Shown here in pieces: positions 19,380 through 28,722 of a stretch of DNA of 57,781 nucleotides. Source of the DNA: Abditibacteriaceae bacterium. Lineage in GTDB: Bacteria; Armatimonadota; Abditibacteriia; Abditibacteriales; Abditibacteriaceae. The stretch's first letter is position 1. Each line of letters starts with the position of its first letter. The stretch covers positions 1 through 57,781 of the forward strand of contig JANPJS010000054.1 in assembly GCA_031425655.1 (NCBI GenBank), in the 5' to 3' direction. The position numbers and the translations under genes were made by a program. The notes under the pieces were generated by a model. It made no database searches. It was not told where the DNA came from and worked only from the letters and a program-made list of their open reading frames with translations.

Positions 19380-22205
19380 ATGTCCCACGCTCTGCGCCAC
19401 GAAATCGGCGATGTTATCAAGGAACGCTACACCATCCGCGAAGTGTTGGGTGGCGGCGCGTTCGGGACGGTTTACCGCGTCGAAGAAATTTTAGGCGCGC
19501 ATACATTGGTGCTGGCGTGCAAGGAAATGCACGTTCTGGACGACCCGGAAACGGGAGTCAGCGAGCGCGCCGACGCGCTGCGGATGTTTCAGGAAGAAAG
19601 CTTTCTGCTCGGCACGATTCGCCATCCGAATATTCCCTCCGCGCATTTTGAGTCTGAGAAAAACACTTGGCTGGCCTGTCCAATTTGTGGGCGCACTTTT
19701 CGCGGCACGCGCCAATGCCCGCAGCACGGCTCCGATTTGCAAGTTGTGCGCGAACGCTATTACTTGTTGATGGACTTCATCGAAGGCGACGATTTGGAAG
19801 TGCGCCTCGAAAAAAACGGCGGCAAGGCGCTAACGGAAACTCCTGTTCTGGATTGGGCGATTCAAGTCTGCGATGCGCTTCGCGTGGTTCACGCCAAAGG
19901 CTTTAGTCACCGCGACATCAAGCCGGCCAACATCAAAATCAAGCGCGACACCGATCAGGCGATGCTCATTGACTTCGGCTTGGTCAAGCCTTCGACGGTT
20001 GTGGGCGCTTACGGCACGATGCCTCTGACCGAGGGCACGCGCATGGGCACGCTCGGCTACGCGCCGGTTTCGCCGCAGGAACAGCAGCACCCGGACGCGC
20101 GCACCGATATTTTGGCGCTCGGCATGACGCTGTTTCGCTTGCTAACCGGCCTCGATCCGACCGACGAAGCGCAACTGGAAATCATGCGCGCCAAAAATCC
20201 GCGCTCACTGGTGTTTTCCATCAGCGCGCAGACCGACGCCTTGATTCAGCGCGCGATAAAAATCAATCCCTCCGACCGCCACCCCAATGTCGCGGCGCTG
20301 CGTGCCGATCTCAGTGCGGCGCGTTACCCGATTGAAACAACGTGCCCGACCTGCGGCTTTGTTCAGCATTCGGCGCTTCCGCCCGATCAAAACAGCAAGT
20401 GCGAACGCTGCGAACGCCCGCTTTTAGTAGCCGCGGCGCCGGTTTCAGCACCTGTTTCTGCGCCGAATGCTGCGCCGCGCCCAGTAACGGCACCGTCAAA
20501 ATCAGCGCTGCCGAAAGCGCCGCCACCGAATCCGTATTGGCCGCGCATCGAAGCCATTCGCGCCGAGCTTTCCTCCGCTTCGCCGTCTCTTGTCAGCCGG
20601 CACGACGCGCGGATTCACGAAATCGAAGAACTGCGCGCCAAAGCGGCCCGCGCATCGGGCCGTTATGATGGGCAGTGTCCGTGCTGCCGCGTCGTGAAAC
20701 TGCTGGGGGTTGCAGAAAAGCCGACCGGCGATTGCCCGATTTGCCGCCAGCAGAAATTGCAGTTGCGCCGCTGGGAATTGCAGCATTGCGCCGTGTGTCG
20801 TGAAGGAAATTTAGCGCCGCGCGCGGGCGGAAAATTAATGCCGTGCCCGGTTTGCCGCCGCGCCGCGCTGCGCGAAGACGAGCGCCGCAAATTTGGCCTT
20901 GTCGCCGACATTTGGTGGGTTTGTCCGTCGTGCGATGCCCAGTGGGATGAACTTTTGGGCGGACAGCGTGCGATTTTGCAAAAAGTCGGCGACGACCCGC
21001 ATGGCATCGGCGCCAAATATCGTGGCCAAACTCTGTTCGTCGCCGATTGGCGCAAAGTTGCGGGGCGCGGAAGTGAAACTCTCGGCTGCGACCATTGTGG
21101 CGCGCAATATGACATCGTGGACGGCGATAAATTGGCTTTAGCCGATGCCGGCGGCGACCCCAACGGCCTCGGCGCCAGACTGCTTGGGCAAAGCCTGACG
21201 CGCGCGGCCTGGGCGCGATTATCGCGCGATTTGCCGTCCAACGCCGGCACGCACGGCTGCGGTTTTTGTCGCGCCGAGTTCGATTACGACACCAACGAAC
21301 AAACGCTAACGTTAGTCAATCCCGGCCAGGACCCGCCCGATTGGGCCAAGCAATGGCTGGGCGCGCCGGTTTCGCTGAAGACGTGGTATTTCAAATCGGC
21401 GGGCAAGCGCAGCCCGAATCCCGGCTATGTTTGCCCGCAATGCCACACCGAATTTGACATCGCCGCCAATGCGCTGCGCTTGGTTCATACTACGCAGCCG
21501 GCCTTGAACCCTTATATCGGCACTGTTTTGCCGGCTCCCGACTGGCATCGCCGCGCGTCGGGCGCGCCGACCGAAGCCGAAGTCAGTGAATTGGGCCGCG
21601 AACTGACACAATTGCAGGCGCAGCGTGCAGCGGAGCGAAGCCAGCTTCAGCAAAGCGAAACCAAGCGCCGCGAAGCGATGCACGACGAACTGCGCTCTCT
21701 GCTCAAGCAATCGGTTTTGGGCGGCTTCATTCCTATTAAGCGCATGGCAACGGGCAATTCTGCGCAGTGGGTGAACCAGCCGGGACGCTTTGTGGTGCTG
21801 CCTCTCGATAATGCCGCGCACGCGCCGGTGTTGCCCAGCGAAGAATTGCGTTGGGAAGTATCCGCTACCAAACTGACGCTTCCGATTAATCCTCACGGGC
21901 CACCCACATCGTGGGATCGTGAGCAAAAAGGAATGTTAACCGTCACGACTGAGCGCATATTTTTCATGGCGCCCGGTGTGCGACGGCTGGAAGTTTCACT
22001 CAAAAAAATTGAGGATGTCGCTGTTTATCCATCGCAGGTCAAGACGCAAATTTTAGAAATCGTGTCGTCCACTTTTAAACAGCGCACCTCGTTTGAAATC
22101 GTGGATATGCCGTGGACTTTGGTGCTGGACGGCGCGCTGGTCGAACTTGTCATGACTCCCAAAGACGTAGCCGGCCTGATTCGCACGTTGGTTGAGCGCA
22201 GCTAA
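19380..22205 (+). CDS. Hanks-type Ser/Thr protein kinase with multiple CxxC modules and a C-terminal PH-like domain
   Basis: 'GGGAFGTVY', 'ACKE', 'HRDIKPAN', 'DFG'; 11 CxxC motifs; 'GMLTVTTERIFF'. Confidence 0.88.
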   Translation: MSHALRHEIGDVIKERYTIREVLGGGAFGTVYRVEEILGAHTLVLACKEMHVLDDPETGVSERADALRMFQEESFLLGTIRHPNIPSAHFESEKNTWLACPICGRTFRGTRQCPQHGSDLQVVRERYYLLMDFIEGDDLEVRLEKNGGKALTETPVLDWAIQVCDALRVVHAKGFSHRDIKPANIKIKRDTDQAMLIDFGLVKPSTVVGAYGTMPLTEGTRMGTLGYAPVSPQEQQHPDARTDILALGMTLFRLLTGLDPTDEAQLEIMRAKNPRSLVFSISAQTDALIQRAIKINPSDRHPNVAALRADLSAARYPIETTCPTCGFVQHSALPPDQNSKCERCERPLLVAAAPVSAPVSAPNAAPRPVTAPSKSALPKAPPPNPYWPRIEAIRAELSSASPSLVSRHDARIHEIEELRAKAARASGRYDGQCPCCRVVKLLGVAEKPTGDCPICRQQKLQLRRWELQHCAVCREGNLAPRAGGKLMPCPVCRRAALREDERRKFGLVADIWWVCPSCDAQWDELLGGQRAILQKVGDDPHGIGAKYRGQTLFVADWRKVAGRGSETLGCDHCGAQYDIVDGDKLALADAGGDPNGLGARLLGQSLTRAAWARLSRDLPSNAGTHGCGFCRAEFDYDTNEQTLTLVNPGQDPPDWAKQWLGAPVSLKTWYFKSAGKRSPNPGYVCPQCHTEFDIAANALRLVHTTQPALNPYIGTVLPAPDWHRRASGAPTEAEVSELGRELTQLQAQRAAERSQLQQSETKRREAMHDELRSLLKQSVLGGFIPIKRMATGNSAQWVNQPGRFVVLPLDNAAHAPVLPSEELRWEVSATKLTLPINPHGPPTSWDREQKGMLTVTTERIFFMAPGVRRLEVSLKKIEDVAVYPSQVKTQILEIVSSTFKQRTSFEIVDMPWTLVLDGALVELVMTPKDVAGLIRTLVERS

Positions 22206-22254
22206 AAAAGAGGTCTGTCATTCTGAGCGCAGCGAAGAATGACAGACCTCTTTT
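22206..22254. terminator. Bidirectional intrinsic terminator
   Basis: 19-bp perfect inverted repeat AAAAGAGGTCTGTCATTCT/AGAATGACAGACCTCTTTT between convergent genes. Confidence 0.75.
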
Positions 22255-22263
22255 GGTGGAGAC

Positions 22264-23352
22264 TCAGTAAATCTGATAATCCGGCGCTCGATTATCCGCT
22301 TGCGGCGTTCGGTAGTTTGGCTGCGGCTCCCGATAATCTGGTTGTGGTGCCGGATAGTTTGGCTGCGGCGTGCGATAATCAGGCTGTGGCACTGGATACG
22401 GTGATTGATACGGCGGCTGATAAACCGGCGCGTCACGCGGCGCGTTTTGCGTTTGACGGCGATTAAATCCAACCCATTGAAGCCCGCCGGACAGCGAAAG
22501 CACGTTGCTTTGTGCCCCGGCGGTTTGCAAATTGACGGCGACCGGCCAACGCTGCTGCGGATCGAAATCGTAAAGTGGATTGACCGCGCGTTGCAATTCG
22601 CCCATCACAAATGAGGGCAAGCGCAGTTTTGCGACGGAAAGCGCCAAGTCATCGGCCATCACCTGATTAGAGCGCACGCTGAGCCTTCCTCCGACTTGAA
22701 AGGGCAGATTTATCCCGTAAAGTCCGGCATTGCCGGCCAGCAAAGCGCGCCCGCCGTCGAAGCTCAAACGCACGTCGCGCACCGAAGGCAAACGCGGCGC
22801 CAGCAAACGAGCCGCTTGGTCGGCGCGCAATTGCAAGCGCAAATTGCCCGGCTGCCACGATTGAATCGCAAAGTCGCCCTGCATGGCCTTGAGCCAGTCG
22901 AAGCGAATTTCGCCTAAGTCGGCGTCCAACGATTCGTAGCCGACGCCTTGCAGTGAGAAGTTGGTCGCGTTCAATTGAATGCGACCGATGCGCCCGCCTT
23001 TTCCGCCCAGCGCGCCGCCCAGAATCTGGCCTAAATCGCCTTTGAGAATGTCCTCAATGTCGAAACTCTTGGCAAATGGGCGCGCGTTCAGGCGCGCATC
23101 GGAGTTCTGTGCGCGGTCGGATAAGGCCAGCAGCGAATCGAGGGACGCGCCATCCAGCGAGACGCGGAACGAATCGAAATCGCCCGGCTGCCAGCGATTG
23201 CGGCGCACGGCTTCGACGCGCAAGTTCCTCACAGGCCCAATTTGCTTGCGCAAAGCTGCTTCTGCTGCGCGATTGAGCGAATCGCCCGAACCCGTGACAT
23301 TTTTCAAATCCGTCGTGGACGCCAAAAGCGCCAAAATCAGTAACCAGTGCAT
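22264..23352 (-). CDS. DUF2993/LmeA-like secreted protein with a PQPxY repeat tail
   Basis: Signal peptide, beta-rich body, 7-aa tandem repeats at the C-terminus. Confidence 0.55.
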   Translation of the reverse strand: MHWLLILALLASTTDLKNVTGSGDSLNRAAEAALRKQIGPVRNLRVEAVRRNRWQPGDFDSFRVSLDGASLDSLLALSDRAQNSDARLNARPFAKSFDIEDILKGDLGQILGGALGGKGGRIGRIQLNATNFSLQGVGYESLDADLGEIRFDWLKAMQGDFAIQSWQPGNLRLQLRADQAARLLAPRLPSVRDVRLSFDGGRALLAGNAGLYGINLPFQVGGRLSVRSNQVMADDLALSVAKLRLPSFVMGELQRAVNPLYDFDPQQRWPVAVNLQTAGAQSNVLSLSGGLQWVGFNRRQTQNAPRDAPVYQPPYQSPYPVPQPDYRTPQPNYPAPQPDYREPQPNYRTPQADNRAPDYQIY

Positions 23353-23436
23353 AATAAACCTCACCAAACCGAAGTCCGCCTCCGACGCGAGCCGCGCGCT
23401 TTTGGTTCAAGAACAAGGCGATGCTAAACTTCGCGC

Positions 23437-24372
23437 GTGAACACCGCTTATTTTACGCACCCACTTTTCAAAGCACACGACAACGGCCCGCATCATCCCG
23501 AACGCGCCGCGCGCATGGATGCCATCGCCGCTGCGTTGAACGCGCAGCCGTGGCGCGAGCAATTGCAATACCCCGAATTTACGCCGGCAAACCAAGCCGC
23601 GCTTTTGCGTTGCCATCCCGCCGAACACATTGCCCTGATTCGCACTTTGGCCGCGCGTGGCGGCGGCATGATTGACGGCGACACGCACGTTTCGCCCGCT
23701 TCGTATGACGCGGCAACGCTGGCTGCGGGCGCGGCTATGGCCGCTGTGGACACGGTTTTGCGCCGCGAATGCGACAACGCTTTCGTGGCGGCGCGTCCTC
23801 CGGGGCATCATGCCGAAGCCAACCGCGCCATGGGCTTTTGCCTGTTCAACACCATCGCTATCGCCGCGCGTCATGCGCAAAGCGAACACGGTTTGCAGCG
23901 CGTGGCGATTCTCGATTGGGACGTGCATCACGGCAACGGCACGCAGGCTATTTTCTATGACGATCCGACCGTATTTTTTGCCAGCACGCACGAAGCAGGC
24001 ATTTATCCCGGCACCGGGCGGGCCAGCGAGCGCGGCAGCGGCGCGGGAATCGGCACGACGTTTAATTTCCCTTTGCCAGCGGGCAGCGACGGCGCGGTCT
24101 ACGCCGAAGTGTGGAATCGTCTCGAACCCGAATTAAATGCCTTCGCGCCCGAACTGATTCTCGTTTCCGCCGGTTTCGACGCGCATTCGCGCGATCCTCT
24201 GGCGCATATGGAGTTGCAAAGCCAAGATTTTGCGCATCTGGCGCGCCAAACCAAGCGATGGGCCGAGAATTTGTGTGATGGACGGCTGGTTTGCGTTTTA
24301 GAAGGCGGCTATGATCTCGAAGGTTTGTCGTCGTCGCTCGTCGCCGTGTTGGAGGTTTTGCTGAATGGCTGA
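23437..24372 (+). CDS. Histone deacetylase family protein
   Basis: 'HPER', 'RPPGHHA', 'GFC', 'DWDVHHGNGTQ', 'SAGFD', 'LEGGY'. Confidence 0.95.
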   Translation: MNTAYFTHPLFKAHDNGPHHPERAARMDAIAAALNAQPWREQLQYPEFTPANQAALLRCHPAEHIALIRTLAARGGGMIDGDTHVSPASYDAATLAAGAAMAAVDTVLRRECDNAFVAARPPGHHAEANRAMGFCLFNTIAIAARHAQSEHGLQRVAILDWDVHHGNGTQAIFYDDPTVFFASTHEAGIYPGTGRASERGSGAGIGTTFNFPLPAGSDGAVYAEVWNRLEPELNAFAPELILVSAGFDAHSRDPLAHMELQSQDFAHLARQTKRWAENLCDGRLVCVLEGGYDLEGLSSSLVAVLEVLLNG

Positions 24373-24724
24373 AAAGCTGGCGCTTTTGTTGGACGATAAT
24401 TTGATGAGCGCGGCGCGCGTGCAATCGCAACTGGCGAAATTGGGCTATCGCGTGCAAACCGCGCGGCGCATTCCCGAAGGCATCGAACCAAACTTGGTGC
24501 TTGTCAATCTCGGCTCGCGCGGACTTGGCGGGCTGGAACTGGCCGCTGCGTGTCTGGAACTTTTTACGACAGCGCGCGTTGTAGGCTTCTGCGGTCATGC
24601 CGAAGTCGAAATTCGTAAGCAAGCGAAACAAGCCGGTCTGCGCCGCATTCTAACTAACGACGAAGCCTTGATGGATTTAGCGCACGCGCTGGGAGAATCG
24701 CCCGAAGATGAAGTCGCATCGTAA
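24365..24724 (+). CDS. Single-domain receiver-like protein (atypical)
   Basis: 'LLLDDN' and a flavodoxin-like pattern; Asn at the expected phospho-Asp position ('VLVNL'). Confidence 0.55.
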   Translation: MAEKLALLLDDNLMSAARVQSQLAKLGYRVQTARRIPEGIEPNLVLVNLGSRGLGGLELAAACLELFTTARVVGFCGHAEVEIRKQAKQAGLRRILTNDEALMDLAHALGESPEDEVAS

Positions 24725-25256
24725 ACACAAGTCACGCCGGAAACCGAGAAACATTTTGCTGGCCGCGCTGGCACTTTTGCCTTGCGGCGTAGCTGCGACC
24801 GGCAAGCCCGTCCGCGCGCAGGAAATTCGCCCGGAAAAAGCCGCGATTTTGCCGTTTGAAACCGTGGGGCTTGGCAATCAGAGCGGCTGCTCCAAACGCG
24901 CGCTGATGTCCGTTACCGACGAAGCCGAATGGCGCCGCGTCTGGGGCGTGCATACTCAGGGGCTTCTGGATGCGCCTGCGCTGCCGAAAGTGGATTTCTC
25001 CCGGCAAAGTGTGATCGCGCTTTTGGCCGGCACACAGCCGACGGCCAAGACGATTCAAGTCGCGCAAATTGTGCGCGATGCGCGCGAAGCCGTTGTGTTC
25101 TTTTTGCTGGCCGACGACGAAATCACATGGGGTCAGCAAGCCGTATCGGGGCCGTCGCAGCCGTTTCACTTCGCCGTGGTGAATAAATTAGAAACCCCGG
25201 TGCGATTTGTAGACGCGCTGCTTGGCGACGATTGCCGCAAGTGCGCCGGAGGCTAA
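24708..25256 (+). CDS. PrcB C-terminal-domain-like secreted protein
   Basis: 'W..VW..H....P.LP.VDF....VIA...G..PT', 'SQPFHFAVV'. Confidence 0.6.
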   Translation: MKSHRKHKSRRKPRNILLAALALLPCGVAATGKPVRAQEIRPEKAAILPFETVGLGNQSGCSKRALMSVTDEAEWRRVWGVHTQGLLDAPALPKVDFSRQSVIALLAGTQPTAKTIQVAQIVRDAREAVVFFLLADDEITWGQQAVSGPSQPFHFAVVNKLETPVRFVDALLGDDCRKCAGG

Positions 25257-25268
25257 AACTTGAAACGC

Positions 25269-25306
25269 AAAAAGGCCGCGCTGGAAAATTCCAGCGCGGC
25301 CTTTTT
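25269..25306. terminator. Bidirectional intrinsic terminator
   Basis: AAAAAGGCCGCGCTGGAA/TTCCAGCGCGGCCTTTTT. Confidence 0.85.
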
Positions 25307-25317
25307 CGTTGAAACGC

Positions 25318-25905
25318 TTAATGCGCGACTTTGTTGGAGCCGCGCATTGCGACAAAGACAATCGCGGCGACAACGGCGCCGGCAATGAGCGCAATGCCGA
25401 TATTTTGCTTAACGGCGTAAGCGATGCCTGCCACTACTATCAAAGCGCCTAATGCAATAGCCGCTGCGGGCGGGCCGGCGGCGGGAGGTGCCGGGAGTTT
25501 GGTTGACGCCAAAACAGGCGCCGGCTTCACGGCGGCATCGTCGCGCAGGCCAAGCACCGATGCTTCATCGGTGGAGGCTTTGGGCTTGCCTTCTACTTCG
25601 CGCAAAAACTCCGCATAAGGCGGCACAGCCGCGCCGTTGCTGAGACGCTGACGATACTCGTCATATTGGGCACGCTTGGTTTCGTCCGTGAAAATCGAGC
25701 GAATCTGCGGCAATATATCGAGCCAGAGTTGGTATTCGCGGCGCTTTTGCGTGTTGCGATGGTCGCGGTTGGCCTGCGCTTCGGTGTATAAGTCGTTAAT
25801 CCGTCCCCGCAGTTCGGCGATGGTCGCGTCCTGGGGTTGGTCGAGCAATTCGTAGTAATCGAAAAATTCGTCCGGGTTGACCGCGAGATTGGCGGGCAGT
25901 GGCAT
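25318..25905 (-). CDS. J-domain-like membrane protein lacking HPD
   Basis: 'DYYELL', 'D..KRAQYDE', two C-terminal TM helices. Confidence 0.6.
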   Translation of the reverse strand: MPLPANLAVNPDEFFDYYELLDQPQDATIAELRGRINDLYTEAQANRDHRNTQKRREYQLWLDILPQIRSIFTDETKRAQYDEYRQRLSNGAAVPPYAEFLREVEGKPKASTDEASVLGLRDDAAVKPAPVLASTKLPAPPAAGPPAAAIALGALIVVAGIAYAVKQNIGIALIAGAVVAAIVFVAMRGSNKVAH

Positions 25906-26045
25906 GGCTCCAATTCCTTTGCGTGGCAGACTCCGGCACGTTCAACTTGCCGCACTTTAGGATAGCCGCGTTGCCGCACTTTGTAAACGCCGACGATGCG
26001 GCGAACACAGAAACCGCCCGGAGAAAAATGCGCTGAGCGGTCGGT

Positions 26046-27581
26046 TTACGAAATCGTGGCTTGTGACATCAGCCAGGCTTCGGTTTCGATTTCGTCGGTG
26101 TTGCGTTCGCCGACGAGGGAGATGAGCGAGCGGCTTTCTTTGCCGGTGTCGGAGTCGCGCGCGAGGGCCGTGACGCGCCCGTTTTCGTCGCAGCGAAATT
26201 CGACGCTGATAAGAGGCTGGCCTTTGGGACGCGGTGGATTAGTGTCGAGGTTGAAAATGCCGATGGGGCCGGTGGCGTAGGCTTCCGGGTCTTTGCTTTC
26301 GCCTTCGTAAACGCGCACCTGCACCATCATCTGCTCATCGGTGGTGGTGGTGTAGCCTTCGCGCACCGCCGAGCAGGGCAGTGGCGTCAGGGCTGGAATA
26401 ACGTGGTCAACCGAGGTGTTGCCGTTTTTCTGCGCCGCTACGCCTAAGGAATGCGAAAGCACATGGCCGACTCGCACATCGCTGACGGTTTCGTCTTTGG
26501 TGAGAATCGCGGCTTGAATCGCGGCGCCTTTGGCCACGCATTCGTCGGGGTCGTGCAGCAAAGGCCGGCGTCCCGTCACGCGCGTCAGCATTTCGCGCAC
26601 CATCGGCATCCGCGAAGAGCCGCCGACGCATATCGTTTCGCTGATGTCGGCCCAGGTTAAGTTCACTTGTGTCAGCACGCTGTCCATGAGCATTTCGGTG
26701 CGCGCCAGCAAGTCAGAGGTGATTTTTTCAAATTCTTCGCGCGTGATTTCCACGCGCACCGGAATAAAGGTTTCCATCGTGCCGGCTCCGGCGGCGATGG
26801 TGCGTTTGGCTTTGAAGGTAATCGGGACGGACGGGCGTCCGGTCAGTTGGCGCTTGGCAGCTTCGGATTTAAGGCGCAGTTCGGCTTCGAGCAGCGGGTC
26901 CGGCTCCATTTCATAGCCGAATTTCTTGCTGAGATCGTCCTCGATGAAGTTCATCAAACGGTCGTCCCAGTCTTTGCCGCCCAGTCGCGGGTCGCCGCCG
27001 ATGCCGACGACATCCAACGAATCGTTGTCAATGGTGAGAATGGTTACGTCGAAGGTGCCGCCGCCCAAGTCATAAACCAAGATGTTGCGGCGATGGCCTC
27101 GGCGCGAAATGCCGTAAGACAGCGCGGCGGCAGTCGGCTCGTTGATGATGCGTAGAACGTGTAAACCCGCCAGTTGGCCGGCTTCGTAGGTGGCCTGGCG
27201 CTGCGCTTCGGTAAAGTAAGCGGGAACGGTGATAACAGCTTGAGTAATGCGCTCGCCGAGTTCTTGTTCGGCTTCGGCTACCAGCTTACGCAAAATAATA
27301 GAAGATATAAATTCAGGCGAAAACGAATTGCTGCCGACGGCAACGCGGTGGTCTTTGACGCCCATGAATCGCTTGACGAATTGCACAACGCGGCCCGGAT
27401 CGGTCATAGTGGCCTGCAAGGCGACTTCTCCGACAACGTAATTCGGCGGGTCGCAGAAGACGACGGAAGGCGTAGTCGTCTGCCCATCGCTGTTTTTAAC
27501 CACGATAGGCTTGCCGTATTCGTCTATCGTCGCTACGGCGGAATAAGTTGTGCCCAGATCAATGCCGACTGCGCGACTCAA
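26046..27581 (-). CDS. Hsp70 family protein (short, non-canonical DnaK paralogue)
   Basis: 'GIDLGTT', 'TVPAYF', 'NEPTAAAL', 'DLGGGTFD', 'VGGSSRMP'; TTG start with GGAGG RBS. Confidence 0.92.
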   Translation of the reverse strand: MSRAVGIDLGTTYSAVATIDEYGKPIVVKNSDGQTTTPSVVFCDPPNYVVGEVALQATMTDPGRVVQFVKRFMGVKDHRVAVGSNSFSPEFISSIILRKLVAEAEQELGERITQAVITVPAYFTEAQRQATYEAGQLAGLHVLRIINEPTAAALSYGISRRGHRRNILVYDLGGGTFDVTILTIDNDSLDVVGIGGDPRLGGKDWDDRLMNFIEDDLSKKFGYEMEPDPLLEAELRLKSEAAKRQLTGRPSVPITFKAKRTIAAGAGTMETFIPVRVEITREEFEKITSDLLARTEMLMDSVLTQVNLTWADISETICVGGSSRMPMVREMLTRVTGRRPLLHDPDECVAKGAAIQAAILTKDETVSDVRVGHVLSHSLGVAAQKNGNTSVDHVIPALTPLPCSAVREGYTTTTDEQMMVQVRVYEGESKDPEAYATGPIGIFNLDTNPPRPKGQPLISVEFRCDENGRVTALARDSDTGKESRSLISLVGERNTDEIETEAWLMSQATIS

Positions 27582-27603
27582 ATTGAGCCTCCTGAAATCT
27601 TCT

Positions 27604-28377
27604 TTATCGTGTCTGACTGCGGCCTACGATGACTTCTGCGGGACGGAACAAATGGCCGCGTAAATACCAACCCGCCCGCACCACACGCTGAACTGTATTA
27701 TCCAACTCCGGCGCGACAGCGACCACATCAACCGCCTTATGCAGCTTTGGATCGAATTGTCCCTGCGGGCGATCCATTAAAGTCACTTCGCACACGCGCA
27801 GCGCCTCAATCAACTGATCCATGAAAAACTGCGTGTTTTCTTCGGCTGTTTTCGCGGAAAACAGCTCGGAGTTCGACTTTTCTTGCGCGAATGGCTGCAA
27901 TTCCGCTTCAAACTGCTCCATCGAATCGAATAGAAAAAGCAAAGGGCGAATAACAGGCTTGAGATGCTCGTAAATGAAGTCGTTTTTATATTCGCGCAAC
28001 TCGTTGTGCAGGACGTTGAACACTTTTTCCTGATTCGCTTCGCGGTCGGTCAGTTCCACGAACGCCTGCTGCAAAAGCTCAATGTCCGAGCGCAGTGAGG
28101 ACACCTCGTCCATAATCTGTCCGGTTTGCGAGGCGATTTGCTGCGAGAGAATTGTCGGGGTTATTGGCCCGGCTCCGGGCGCGCTTTGTGAGTTTGACAT
28201 TCCAGATCGAGTTGCTTGCACCGGCTGATCGGTGCCTCCAGAGGCCGGCGCATTGGTCGTTTTTATGATCGCTTCGGCGCCTTTTTCCTTACTCCGAATG
28301 GGTTCGGAAAAAACCTTCGGCAAACGAAAACGCAAGCCGGAAGCGTTCGGTTGTTCTTCAGGCATAACATGCTCCAC
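27604..28377 (-). CDS. GrpE-like nucleotide exchange factor
   Basis: Coiled coil, 'FDPKLHKAV', 'GWYL...LFRPAEVIV'. Confidence 0.85.
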   Translation of the reverse strand: MEHVMPEEQPNASGLRFRLPKVFSEPIRSKEKGAEAIIKTTNAPASGGTDQPVQATRSGMSNSQSAPGAGPITPTILSQQIASQTGQIMDEVSSLRSDIELLQQAFVELTDREANQEKVFNVLHNELREYKNDFIYEHLKPVIRPLLFLFDSMEQFEAELQPFAQEKSNSELFSAKTAEENTQFFMDQLIEALRVCEVTLMDRPQGQFDPKLHKAVDVVAVAPELDNTVQRVVRAGWYLRGHLFRPAEVIVGRSQTR

Positions 28378-28449
28378 GCCTTTTTGTAGCGGTTATTTTA
28401 CCTTAAAAAGGCGCGCTGCCAAACCCCGTCAAATCTCACCGGCTAACTT

Positions 28450-28722
28450 CTACGCTTCTACAACTTTTACATAGCCGCGCTGTGCCGCCCAATCTAAGAA
28501 TTCCTGCGCCGATTGGGGCAGGGCGTCGCTGCGCTTTTCCTGCTGATTGGCGCGCTTGACCACTTCGCCCGCGAAAGCCGTGTCGCTCATGTTGTTAATA
28601 ATGGCGCGCATCAAAAACGGCGCCCGCCGCGCGGCCTCCTGCTTGGCTTGGTGCAACACATCGGCGGCGTCGCGGCCTTCAAAACTCTGATTGATTTCGT
28701 CTAAAGTAATTTGAATTTTCAT
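28450..28722 (-). CDS. Hypothetical protein
   Basis: 90-aa ORF overlapping the upstream stop (ATGA). Confidence 0.65.
   Translation of the reverse strand: MKIQITLDEINQSFEGRDAADVLHQAKQEAARRAPFLMRAIINNMSDTAFAGEVVKRANQQEKRSDALPQSAQEFLDWAAQRGYVKVVEA

Noticed and set aside
26046..28377. Calling this the housekeeping dnaK-grpE-dnaJ operon
   Set aside because: The Hsp70 is short and divergent, the J-like protein lacks HPD and the Zn-finger, and no hrcA or CIRCE is seen.
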